Below, piece after piece: positions 24,695 through 36,270 of a DNA stretch of 63,412 bases. The DNA lies in NCBI GenBank assembly GCA_038087875.1, contig JAXLNO010000630.1:248001-311412 (forward strand), read 5' to 3'. The translations under genes were made by a program, and so were the position numbers. This DNA comes from Malacoraja senta. Lineage: Eukaryota. Each line of letters begins with the position of its first letter. Position 1 is the first letter of the stretch. The notes under the pieces were generated by a model. The model saw only the letters and a list, made by a program, of their open reading frames with translations. It was not told the origin of the DNA and searched no databases.

Positions 24695-25912
24695 AAACCA
24701 AGACGACAGGAACAAACGAACTTGCTTATTCTTCCAACAAGAGTATCACAAGGAAAGTGAATTAACTGAACACTGATTTTTTATTTTTTATTTGACTTCA
24801 AGCAACAGATTCTTAGTGAGACGTGGCTAGACATTATTATCTTCGCTGGAACATTGTGCTATGTAATTCAAGGACACTACGTGCTCAAACGAGGAAAACC
24901 TGATAACACGAGACGAACTGCTGGGCTGAGAGTGAAAAACATCACATGGCTTATATTGTTTATAAAAAACTGAAAAAACTGAGAACTAATAATAATTAAC
25001 AATTAACAATACTAATATAGAAATAGCAATTGAAATAGATAAAAAATGTGCAGTCTGCTCTGTTTAGCAGATAACAGCAAGTGCTATGCAGCTCGAGAGT
25101 GGAGGGAGGGGGAGACCGGGTACCTGGCATAACTCCAGGAGCCAGACTCCCGTTAACCCTTCCAGCGAACAGCTCATTTTTAACAATATTAAAATCAATT
25201 TAAAATAGTTAAGAGATAATATACACTCGAGGTTGATATGAAAAATATATACGGCTTATATAGTTTTACAAAATGCTGAGAATTAATCATAATTAATAAT
25301 TAACAATACTAATATAGAAATAATATTTGAAACTGATAAAACTGTGGTGCCTGCGTCATAACGCAGACAGCAGTTATCACCTATGTTCGCAGCTCGTGGA
25401 GAGGAGAGGAGATCAGGCACCTGGCACAATTCCAGGAACCTGACTCCGATTAATCCACTCAGTAAACCGCTCACTTTAACAATACTAAATTCATTTTAAA
25501 ATAGTTAAGAGATAAAGAGTGAGTAGGATATGGAATCGAATACATTTGACACATATATAAATTGTAACTGGGTGAAATAGAACTGAATTGGAAACGGTAA
25601 TGACCCCATAGATTTTGGGTAATAAATACAGCGGGGCTAACTTTATACCAACTACGCCGGAAGCGTTATGGATGTCGTACCCCACAGACGAGTGGGCCAC
25701 TCACTACGGTGTTGAAATTTTAGACACCGTAAATTTATTTGATTTATATATATTTTTTTTAATCACAATATGTCACATCTGTGTGTTTTTTCTTCAAGGA
25801 CAATCGCGCAGGAGAACTACCAAGGAAGTCTATAATAGAAATACTCCCAAAATAACCAGAGTCCGGAGGTATGAACGCACCACAATAATTAAGGTCATTA
25901 AAACTGGTAAAA

Positions 25913-28900
25913 ATGCATGACGACAATCAAAAGAAAATAGGAGGAATCACATTATGTAGTTGGAATATAAGGGGGATTAATGAACCTATTAAAAGGGGCA
26001 AGATACTAGCTCAGTTGAAATCATACAACACGGACATTGCGTTTCTACAGGAAACACATCTTAAACAGCAAGATCAGACAAGACTGAGGGCGAACTGGAT
26101 AGGCCAAACATTTCACTCTTCATTTACCTCCAAATCTAGAGGTACTGCAATTATTATTCGTAAAGGAATTCCATTTAAATCAAAGAACACTATTTTAGAT
26201 AAGGAAGGGAGATATCTTATAGTAGCAGGGGAGATCAATAATATGCCAATTACGCTGGTAAACATATATGCGCCCAACTTTGATAACCCTCAATTTTTTA
26301 ATAAAATTCTGAATATAATTGCAGAATCTAATTATCAAAATGTTATAATCGGAGGAGATTTTAATTGTGTTTTAGATCCTTATTTAGATAAATCGATGCA
26401 AAAACAAAAAGGTCAGACGAAATCTAAAACCAGTGAACTCTTACACACATATATGGAAAACACAAATATAACAGATGTATGGAGGATTGCAAACCCGACG
26501 GGAAGGGATTACTCGTTTTATTCAATGGTGCATAAAACATATTCACGGATAGACTATTTTCTTGTGGATACAAAATTAATTTCGCAATCTCTGAATCCTA
26601 AATATCATATTAATGCGATCTCAGATCATTCTCCGTTAACTTTTGTTCTAAAACTAGAAGGAATGTCTATGAATAAACCGTTCTGGAGGTTTAACTCACA
26701 AATTTTAAAAGACCCTCAAGGGAGTATCTATCTAAAAAAACAGATGGATCTATTTTTTGAGTTAAATGATACACCAGAGATATCCCCCACGTTATTATGG
26801 GAATCCTTCAAAGCATTTATAAGAGGAGTCATTATTTCATTTCAAGCTTATCAAAATAAAAAGAATAAGAATGAACAAAGACACTTAGAAGATCAAATAA
26901 AACAGTTAGATATAGATAATGCTAAAGACCCAACTATGGATAAACATAATAAAATACTACTACTGAAATTTCAGTTAAATAAATTACTGTCAGAGAAAGT
27001 TATAACATTATTTCAAATCACAAAACAAGAACACTTCGAATTCGGGGACAAACCCCACAAACTTCTAGCACGACAACTTAAAAAACGGGAAAAAGAGAAT
27101 GCAATATTAAAGATTAAATCAGATAGAGGGGAAGTATTAACACTACCCAAGGATATTAATAAAAGATTTGCTCAATTTTACCAGAATCTATACACATCTA
27201 AAACGTCAATAGACAATAATAAAATCTCAGAATTTTTAGATAATTGTAATCTACCACAATTAGAACGCAGGGAACAAGAGGAACTGGGAGCACAAATTAC
27301 TTCTAAGGAGATAGAAGACACAATAAAAACACTAAAAAATGGAAAAACACCAGGACCAGACGGATTCAGTAATGAATTTTATAAATCTTTTTATGATATA
27401 GTTACTCCACGATTACAAAAAATGTATACATATGCTTATAAAGAGCAAAACCTACCTGAAACACTAGCGGAATCAACGATCATATTAATACTTAAAAAAG
27501 ATAAAAATATAGAAGAACCAGGATCATATAGAGCTATTGCTTTGTTAAATACGGATCAGAAAATAATAGCAAAAACATTAGCCAATAGATTAAGCAAGTA
27601 TGTTAGTAGACTAATACATGAGGATCAAACAGGATTTATACCTAAGAGACACTCATTTAATAATTTGAGACGTTTGCTTAACATAATGCATTCACATAAA
27701 TCTGATGACCAAGAGTTAGCTATCATCTCACTGGACGCAGAAAAAGCGTTTGATCAAGTAGAATGGGACTATATGATCAAAGTATTGCAAAAATTCCAAT
27801 TGGGAGAAAACTTTATTGCATGGATAAAACTACTATATAACAAACCTACGGCTAGAATACTAACTAATAATATATTATCTTCAAAATTCGAATTATCTAG
27901 GGGCAACAGACAAGGATGTTCACTATCACCGCTGTTATTTGCTTTGGTAATTGAACCCCTTGCTGAAAAAATAAGAACACACTCGAATATTCACGGTTAT
28001 AACACAAAATATTCAAACAACAAACTATCCCTATATGCTGATGATGTACTACTGTACATCACAAAACCACAAATTAGTATACCAAATATATTAAACTTAA
28101 TTGAGGACTTTGGATCCTTTTCAGGATATAGAATAAATTGGAACAAAAGTGAAATTATGTCGATTAAACCAAAAGACTCAACACATCTCAGGAAATTCCC
28201 TTTTAAAATAGCTATGGAAAAATTCAAATATTTAGGAATTGAGATTACTAGAAATTACCATGATATGTTTAAAGCTAATTATAATCCCCTACTTAAGAAA
28301 TTAAATAATCTGATTAAATTTTGGAAAACACTTCCGATGTCCTTAATAGGTAGGATAAATGCTATAAAAATGATTTTCTTGCCACAAATCCTTTACCTAT
28401 TTCAATCAATACCTATATATCTCCCAAAAAAGTTTTTCAAAAAACTGGACTCAGACATTACAAATTTTATATGGGATTACAAATCCCACAGAATACAAAG
28501 AACACACCTTAACAAACGAAAAGAGTTGGGGGGTCTAGCGCTCCCTAACTTTATGTATTATAACTGGGCAGTAAATATTAAAAATATGATTCACCTGCTG
28601 GACAATTCTGCCCAGCAGGTGGACTGGATTATAATGGAAAAAGGGGATTGCTCCCCGAATAATATAGGAGCGATTATTCTCTCTCCAATAAATTTGAATA
28701 ATAAAAATTATAATAAAAATCCAATTATATATAGCACTATTAGAACATGGAAGCAAATAAAACAGAATCTAAAATTAAGAAACCTATCTCTCTTAATACC
28801 AATAGTCAATAACCCATCGTTTAAACCTTCAATCATAGATAAAGCATTTATACAATGGGAAAGAATGGGAATTAAAACGCTCGAAGATCTGTATGAATTA

Positions 28901-29704
28901 GAAAAATTACTATCATTCCAACAACTACAACTGAAATATAATTTGAAAAATAATCAATATTTTAAATATCTACAAATCTGTGACTATTTGAAAACACACA
29001 CAAAAGATTATTATAATATGCCTTCCGACTTACTAGATGAAGCAATGAAGACAAAGGCGGAATCAGTTAATTTCATATCATACTTATATAATATCATCTT
29101 AAATATAGAAATACCCACAACAGATGGAATTAGAAGAGATTGGGAACAAGATCTAGGTATAAAAATTTCAAAAGAGAGTTGGGATAATCATTTATTACAG
29201 GTGCATAAATGCTCGATCAACGTACGACATACGCTTATCCAATTTAAAACATTACATAGATTATATTATTCAAAAACCAAACTAAATAAAATCTTTCCTA
29301 ACGTCTCACCAATCTGTGATAAATGTATATGTCAAGAAGCTACCATAGCACATTCTTTTGTTTTTTGTACAAAAATCCAAAAATTCTGGTTTGAAATATT
29401 TGATATTTTTTCAAAATTAATCAAAATAAAACTGGTACCAAAACCAGAATGGATTATTTTTGGAATATCGGAAGGTATTCCTGAATTAAACGTGTATCAG
29501 AAGAATTTACTCAATTATGGGCTAATAATGGGAAAAAAGCTTATACTTAAATTCTGGAAAAATGCGCCCACACCAACAATAAAAATGTGGACATCAAATA
29601 TGTTGGAAACATTACATCTGGAAGAGATGAGATTCCTCCTAGTAGGCAAAGTAGATCAATTTCAAAAGACGTGGTCTACGTTTTTGGACCTATTACAAAC
29701 ATGA
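25913..29704 (+). CDS. L1 ORF2p (APE endonuclease, reverse transcriptase, C-terminal Cys/His motif), 1263 aa
   Basis: SWNIRG, LQETH, GGDFN, SRIDYF, SDH; PGPDG, DAEKAFD, QGCSLSP, YADD, YLGI; CDKC...H...C. Confidence 0.98.
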   Translation: MHDDNQKKIGGITLCSWNIRGINEPIKRGKILAQLKSYNTDIAFLQETHLKQQDQTRLRANWIGQTFHSSFTSKSRGTAIIIRKGIPFKSKNTILDKEGRYLIVAGEINNMPITLVNIYAPNFDNPQFFNKILNIIAESNYQNVIIGGDFNCVLDPYLDKSMQKQKGQTKSKTSELLHTYMENTNITDVWRIANPTGRDYSFYSMVHKTYSRIDYFLVDTKLISQSLNPKYHINAISDHSPLTFVLKLEGMSMNKPFWRFNSQILKDPQGSIYLKKQMDLFFELNDTPEISPTLLWESFKAFIRGVIISFQAYQNKKNKNEQRHLEDQIKQLDIDNAKDPTMDKHNKILLLKFQLNKLLSEKVITLFQITKQEHFEFGDKPHKLLARQLKKREKENAILKIKSDRGEVLTLPKDINKRFAQFYQNLYTSKTSIDNNKISEFLDNCNLPQLERREQEELGAQITSKEIEDTIKTLKNGKTPGPDGFSNEFYKSFYDIVTPRLQKMYTYAYKEQNLPETLAESTIILILKKDKNIEEPGSYRAIALLNTDQKIIAKTLANRLSKYVSRLIHEDQTGFIPKRHSFNNLRRLLNIMHSHKSDDQELAIISLDAEKAFDQVEWDYMIKVLQKFQLGENFIAWIKLLYNKPTARILTNNILSSKFELSRGNRQGCSLSPLLFALVIEPLAEKIRTHSNIHGYNTKYSNNKLSLYADDVLLYITKPQISIPNILNLIEDFGSFSGYRINWNKSEIMSIKPKDSTHLRKFPFKIAMEKFKYLGIEITRNYHDMFKANYNPLLKKLNNLIKFWKTLPMSLIGRINAIKMIFLPQILYLFQSIPIYLPKKFFKKLDSDITNFIWDYKSHRIQRTHLNKRKELGGLALPNFMYYNWAVNIKNMIHLLDNSAQQVDWIIMEKGDCSPNNIGAIILSPINLNNKNYNKNPIIYSTIRTWKQIKQNLKLRNLSLLIPIVNNPSFKPSIIDKAFIQWERMGIKTLEDLYELEKLLSFQQLQLKYNLKNNQYFKYLQICDYLKTHTKDYYNMPSDLLDEAMKTKAESVNFISYLYNIILNIEIPTTDGIRRDWEQDLGIKISKESWDNHLLQVHKCSINVRHTLIQFKTLHRLYYSKTKLNKIFPNVSPICDKCICQEATIAHSFVFCTKIQKFWFEIFDIFSKLIKIKLVPKPEWIIFGISEGIPELNVYQKNLLNYGLIMGKKLILKFWKNAPTPTIKMWTSNMLETLHLEEMRFLLVGKVDQFQKTWSTFLDLLQT

Positions 29705-30104
29705 GGTGCAATAGTAATTTAGAAAAACAAATAAATAAATAAAAGGTATCTGGACCTGGTAATGGGAGGTAAAATAAAAACAGACTTGGTTGGTAGTTCC
29801 TTCTCTATGAAGTATGGTATAAGAATTATAATAGAGCGATTGTTCCTTCTTTCTTTCTCTTTTTTTTTTCTAGGGTCTATTTTCTAACTTTACTTCCTTC
29901 TCTAACTTCTTTTCTAAGGGGCTTTCTTTTCCCAACACTCTTTTGCACTTCACAACCTTTGTGCACTTTCTTCACTTTTCTTACTTCTTTCTTTTTCTTT
30001 CTTAAAGTTTAAAAAAGTGAAGCGGTACAAAAAATGTATTAATATATACGTGTTGTACATTACTGTAATCTACCGTACTTCTAAAAAATAAAAAATAAAA
30101 AAAA

Positions 30105-30138
<34 letters not shown>

Positions 30139-33100
30139 AACTGGTAAGTTCTCGTTTAATCTTACTATGTTACTTCGGAGTCACGTGAGTGACTACGTGA
30201 AGATTTTAAAGCTTTGTGATTTCATGCCGCATTTGGTCAACTCATGGGACCAAATTGGATTTCATGCCGCTGGGTGGTCAACTCCTTGGACCACCCAGCG
30301 GCTGCGAGAATATGGTCGACGGGGACGTCCTTCGCCCTGGCTGCCGACGTTGCTGCTGCCCTAGACGAATGGGACGTAAAAACATCAGTGTTAATACCTG
30401 CAGCAATCAAGACTTGTTTTAGCCATCTTGAACTAGTCTGTACTGAGACTCTCTTGTGTGGTTTCTTGTGTGTGATAAACAATCCAGTTTCCATATTTCG
30501 TAAGATCTTTGTAACCTCAATGTATTGTGACAAATATGTCTTAATACATAGACATGGATCCGTTGGATATGCTGACAAAACAATTCTGAATCCTGTCACA
30601 CCTGGCCTACTTTGTTTCAGTAGGTCATAAATGTAAAACATAACATTATCTTCAGCTACTTCCATCCTGTCTATTTGCAATTTAAGTAATGTCTGCACTC
30701 CCTGTGATGTTACTAATGCCATTAACATGACCACTTTCATACTGAGTTTGGCCTAAGTCAAAGACGTACCAGGAGACCATTCACGAAGTAGCTTAAGAAC
30801 CACACTTCCATCCCAGATTGCCATGTACCTAGGCTTAGGAGGTCTGGAATTAAAAATTCCTTTCATCAATCTGGAAACAAGTGGATGAGACCCAATAGGA
30901 TTTCCTTCTGATTCCACAAATAAATATGAGGACAATGCACTCCTGGCTGAATTAATTGCACTATAACTCAAGCCTTCATCGTAGTAAAGTGTTGACAACA
31001 ACTCTAAAACATTTTGAGATATCTGCCGTACAATATTCAACATTCTTTTGAACACAGAACTTTTCCCATTTCTTAATATAAGAAAGGTACTGCTTTTGAG
31101 TGCTCTTCCTCCAGGCTGCCGTAAGCATGTCCACAGTACGCCCAGACAGTCCTCGCCCAAGAAAAGGCCTTCTTAAAACCTGCAAATGAACAAATCCAAA
31201 CGATCATATAATGGATGTTGTTCTCCTGTTACCAGATGCAGTAGTAAATCCCTTCTTTTCGGGACTTTCATCAAAGGCTGTGTCGTCAATTCCAATATTA
31301 AAGGAAACCATGGCTGTGTAGGCCAATCTGGTACCACCAATACCCCTGAATCTTGCCTGATTTTAAGCAAACACTGACATGAGGCAGAAAGGTGGAAATG
31401 CATACAAAAACTTATCACCCCAATGTAGCGACAAAGCATCAATCGCTACTGCACCTGGATCTGGTTCCCATGACACATATCTCGATAGCTGATGATTTAA
31501 TCTAGATGCGAACATGTCGATATCTGGCATTCCAAATCTGATTACTATGTCATTGAATATCTCTCGATTCAACATCCATTCTTTGTTATCATGGAATTTA
31601 CTTGAACTGGTGTCTGCTATAATATTCAATCTACCTGGTAGATAAATAGTTGAAATCCAAATATTCTTGTCAATACACCAAGACCAGATTTGATTAGCCA
31701 ACTTGTCACATGACACCGACTTGATTCCACCCGTATGGTTAATATATGCAACTGCTGTTGTGTTATCAACTTGAAACTGAACATGCAGGTTAGTCGTGTT
31801 AGGGCAATAAGCTTGGAGTCCTAGAAGCTCCAAATAGTTGATCCCCCATGTCTGCAGTAACGATGCCTCTTCCACGTTCCATCTGCCTCCGCAGCTGGAT
31901 TCCTAGTGCACTGACATCTGTTTGCAATACCATGGAAGGCTGTTCAATCAGTATTTCACTGAAACTACTTGAGACATGTAGTATCCACCAATGCAAATCA
32001 GAAACAGCATTTGTTGTTAACTGCATGGCGCTATCAACATGGCCACCATGCATCCTCAGTGCCCGTTCTTTAGCTCTCTGCAGCTGTTGGTAATGTAATG
32101 GCCCATATTGTACAACTGGAAAAGCTGATACTAATTTCCCCTGCACTCTAGCCACATGTCTAATTGAAGTTTTTTGCTCATTTAACAGCTTAATGCAATC
32201 ATCAATCAACTGCACCCTTTTTTCACAGGGCAAAGTAATTTCCATGTGAACTGAATCAATTGTGAAACCCAAATAATCAATTGATGTACATGGTGTTAAC
32301 CTTGATTTCTTTGGATGTATTATAAATCCCAAACTTTCAAAAGTGGATTTAACACCTGAAACAGATAACTCTGCTGACTCTTTTGTTCGTCCTATAATCA
32401 GGACATCATCCAAGTACGCCATTACCACATGCCCCTGGCCTCTCAGCAGTCCCAGAATTGGTTGTAATAATTTAGTGACTATTCTGGGAGCTGAAGTTAA
32501 TCCATTAGGCAGAGCTTTAAACTGCCATAACTGGTTCATCCAGGTAAATTGTAGATATTTTCTATCTTCCAAATGAACAGACAAAATAATATGCATCTTT
32601 TAGATCTATAGTTGCCATATAACATGCATTTGAAATAAGTTGCTTGGCAGTCACAAAAGTCTCCATTTTAAAGTGTCTAAATTGAACAAAAGGATTAAGA
32701 CTTGTCAAGTCCAAAATAATCCTACATCCTCCATCCCTTTTAGGTCGGGGAGATATATTAGACACAAATTGGTGGGTTTGAAAACCGACTTTTCAATAAC
32801 ACCTTTATTATATGCACTTATTCCAGAACCCAGCATCTTTAATATTCTCTGCAGCTTTATTTCTTGAGCTCTCATAGTCATGCTCATCTGACCCCATATC
32901 ACTTGGTTTACTGCTGGTGCCTTTAATTATACGCAGTTCCTCGGGGTCTCGTGCTTTTTGGCAGTTTCATCCATCGAAAGTTGTTCCAGCAGATGGGATA
33001 CCAAATAATTGATTGTGGAGGCCAACTCCTCTCCCAGTGGCTCTCCTGACCCTGACGGGGCATCGAATCGTACTGCCAGAGGTGGAATATCTGGCAGCTG

Positions 33101-33671
33101 CCGTTCTTCGCTTGAATCGGCCTCACCGTCAGAGTCGGGGTCAGAACTCTGCTGAGTGCGCTTTCCTCCAGTAGCCTGTGTATAAGGCTTTCCATTTGAG
33201 AGATCCGCTCAAAAGCGGTATCCAGCCCTGGAGTTACATCCATCTCTTCGGACTCCTCCTCCGTGGGCCGTATGGACTTGAATTTTGCCTTGCGCCCCAC
33301 TGGCGCTGACTGAGTTCTTGTCAACCCCAAGTCCACAGTCGCTAAGCTCCCAGCCGGCGACTGTACAGGGGTCTGAGGCGGCTGTTCGCCGACCGCAATA
33401 TTGCGACTTTCCAACGGCTTTGCCGCTCGCCTCTTCCCCTTGCCCGTTTTTTTCCATGGCGCCTGTGGAAAAAATCCCCACAGACCCACAGCAAACGGAC
33501 ACGGAAATACCGAAAAACGTTTTTTAGTTACCTTGTAATTTACGTCCGTTCGCGCCAATGCGTCTGACGTAATGACGCGCAGGCGCCCTGACGGGTCTTC
33601 TTCACGTAGTCACTCACGTGACTCCGAAGTAAAATTGGCTTTGTATGAATGTAAATTGTCCCTAGTGTGTA

Positions 33672-35862
33672 TATGTCTAAATCAACAGATAGGTAACTAG
33701 GTGCATGGTCACTTAAATCTATTGTTCCAATTCCACATCTATTGTTCCAATAACTTTATCCTTTCCAAATGTTATAAAATAGTCTATTCTTGTGTAAGGA
33801 GAGTGTGGGGGCCAAGTAATGTGTGTAATCCCTTCTATTAGGGAAAAGGTCCCGCCATATATCAATTAAACCGACCTCTTTAAAAAGAGTTTTGACTTTC
33901 TTGTGTAAAGACTTTGTATCATGAGTTTTTCTACTGGAGGAGTCTAGCTCTGGTTATAAATGTATATTTAGGTCTCCCCCACAAATAAGAAGGCCTTCCG
34001 TTTCCGTTATCATGATATTAATAATTCTCTGGAAGAAATTAAAATCACTTCCAGGAGGTGCATATACATTCAACAACGTAACTTGATTCCCATCTATATC
34101 CCCCCTTACTAAAATAAAGCTACCCTCCTTATCACTCATTTCAAATACTTTCTCAAAATTTAACTTGCTTGCGATGAGAGTAGCGACTCCTCTCCTACGT
34201 CCCAATATATATGAGGAGAAAAAGAGGTTAGTGAAACCCATTCTGTTAATTGTTTCGTGTTCTTTGTCATTTAGATGGGTTTCCTGTAAGTGTACTATAT
34301 GGGCTTGTTCTTTCCTCATTTTAGTTAGAATTTTGCTGCGTTTAATTGGGTTTAACAGTCCATTCACATTAAAAGATATGAATTTTACGTTCCCATTAGC
34401 CATTTGTATTTAACTTTCTGTGTATCAGTAACATGGTGAAATAAGACATAACAGATCTACTCCCTGAACAGACAAGAACGAAAGATCATGAAAAAACAGA
34501 GGCGTAATTCGAAGGTAGGGGTCTCCTGTGGATGACCCTGGGCTAGGCTTGAGGAAAAGCCTAGTGGTGGGGGAGAGCCTCTCTCATCTGTGAGCTGAGC
34601 CACCCCCCCCCCCCCCTGCAGCATCCAAAAAGAAAAAAACTCCGTCCATAAGCTGGAACAGACTTCCCTGTGCATTCCTCCCTTGTACTTAGCTTCATTT
34701 AAATAAGGGGAAACAGTTGGATGTAACAAATGAAATAAAGCACCGTCGAATTTTAAGTTCTGTTCTGCTCACCTACATTTTTAAAGTTATCCATAACTTA
34801 AAGCTCTTCTGAAGATGAGGGCTGTCTTCTGATGACCCGTAGTCTCTCCGCGATGTCCTTCTCCCGCTCCTCGGCCGTCTCCTGCAGACTTGATCTTCCC
34901 ACCATCTCCCACGCAGTGCGGGACAGTTGCTCAGCCAGGTCTCTTTCGGTGTGGTCACTCTGACGGGCAGTCCTCTGTTCCTCATGTCAGTGGTTGCCTC
35001 ATCCAGCGTCTGGTACACCCATGTCTCGTCATCGTAAAATACTCGTAACTTGGCGGGGAACGGAGTCTGAAAGCGGATCTTGTTCTGCTTTAACACCCAT
35101 TTCGCCTCAGAATATTCTTTTGGCTTCTGTAGCACTGCTGGGGCGTAGTCTTGATCGAAGTATATTAGGCTTCCGCTCAAAAAGACTGGTTTCTTTCCCC
35201 AGGCCTTGCGCAAAATCTCCTGGGGGTTTCGGGATGAGGGATCAGTGCAATCTCTCGTTGTGAAACTCCGTGGTGTGTGGAAGTTCAAGTGTGTCCCGCA
35301 GTAGCTTATCCACAAAGTCCACCATAGACGACCTCTCAGGTCCTTCAGGAACATTATATATCCGTATATTCTCCCGTCTGGAAAGCCCTTCTTGGTCGTG
35401 TAGCTTGTTTTCTTGCTCGTTTATTACTTTTATCATCTTAGCTAGCACTTACTCCATGTTTAGAACACGGTCTTCCACCCTTTCGAGCCGTGTCTCCGCC
35501 ACCGCTATTTTTTGATTAACATTGGTGAGTTTGCGCTTAATATCGATTAGCTGTTCTTTTGTGTCTTTGCGAAAGTCCGTATCTCCTCCAAAACAGTGGC
35601 TAAAATTAGCTCTACGTCTTTCTGGAGCGGGTTGGTTCTGGCTCTGCCATCTTTGACCTTTGTAAGTGAGCCGTCCGTGTTTCCTTCGTTTTCAGTGGCG
35701 CTTTTCTTGTTTACATCTCGTCTTCCCATTCTTGCCCCTTTCATCAGGTCAGTTATTCTCAATAGATATTATATTTGACAAACTAATGGGACTAAATAAG
35801 TATGTTTCGGAGGAGCTGTTATCTTATGCTGCCATTCAGGATGGTGACGTCACCAGAATCTC
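33672..35862 (-). mobile_element. L1 family b, 3'-truncated, copy 2
   Basis: Paralogue of 7911-10106; ORFs 33954..34403 (EN) and 34773..35448 (ORF1 pieces). Confidence 0.9.
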
Positions 35863-36270
35863 TGTCTCAAAGCTGTTTTCAATAATTTTGCAGGCTATTT
35901 ACTGCAGACTTTAGATTTTAAAATTCTCAGTCTTTAAAGAAAGTTGACTTTCAAATAGGACAAAAGCAGCCGATCTAATCACAGTGCCCAGTCAATGATG
36001 TCTTCAATCTACTTTTCTTCTAATAACTCGTGTGGTAGATTAGCCTGCGACGGCGGATTCTTTGTTCCAGGATTCAAGCTCTTATCTCATTCATAGAGAT
36101 TCTGCTTTCTTCTTCAGTTCCACTGTAGAATCAGTTTTTTACTTGATGTAAAGGCAGTTTCTATAACTTTCTCAATGTCCAACTTTGATAGCCATTACTA
36201 CTCGGGGATGTGATGGAGATATAGTTTACGCACTCACCGTGCTCTTAAGATAGCAATCTTCCAATCTTAA

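Larger units (their letters stand above)
23507..30130 (+). mobile_element. Full-length L1-clade LINE (family a), apparently intact and young
   Basis: Starts GACTTCCGG; two uninterrupted ORFs; pyrimidine-rich 3'UTR; long poly(A); perfect TSD AAATTTCAAACTGGT at 23492-23506 and 30131-30145; empty site at 4367-4381. Confidence 0.97.
23223..33635 (-). mobile_element. DIRS1-type element B (duplicate of A) with a full-length L1 inserted in its ICR
   Basis: Same termini, flanks and internal deletions as A; the ICR is split at 23506/30131. Confidence 0.95.
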
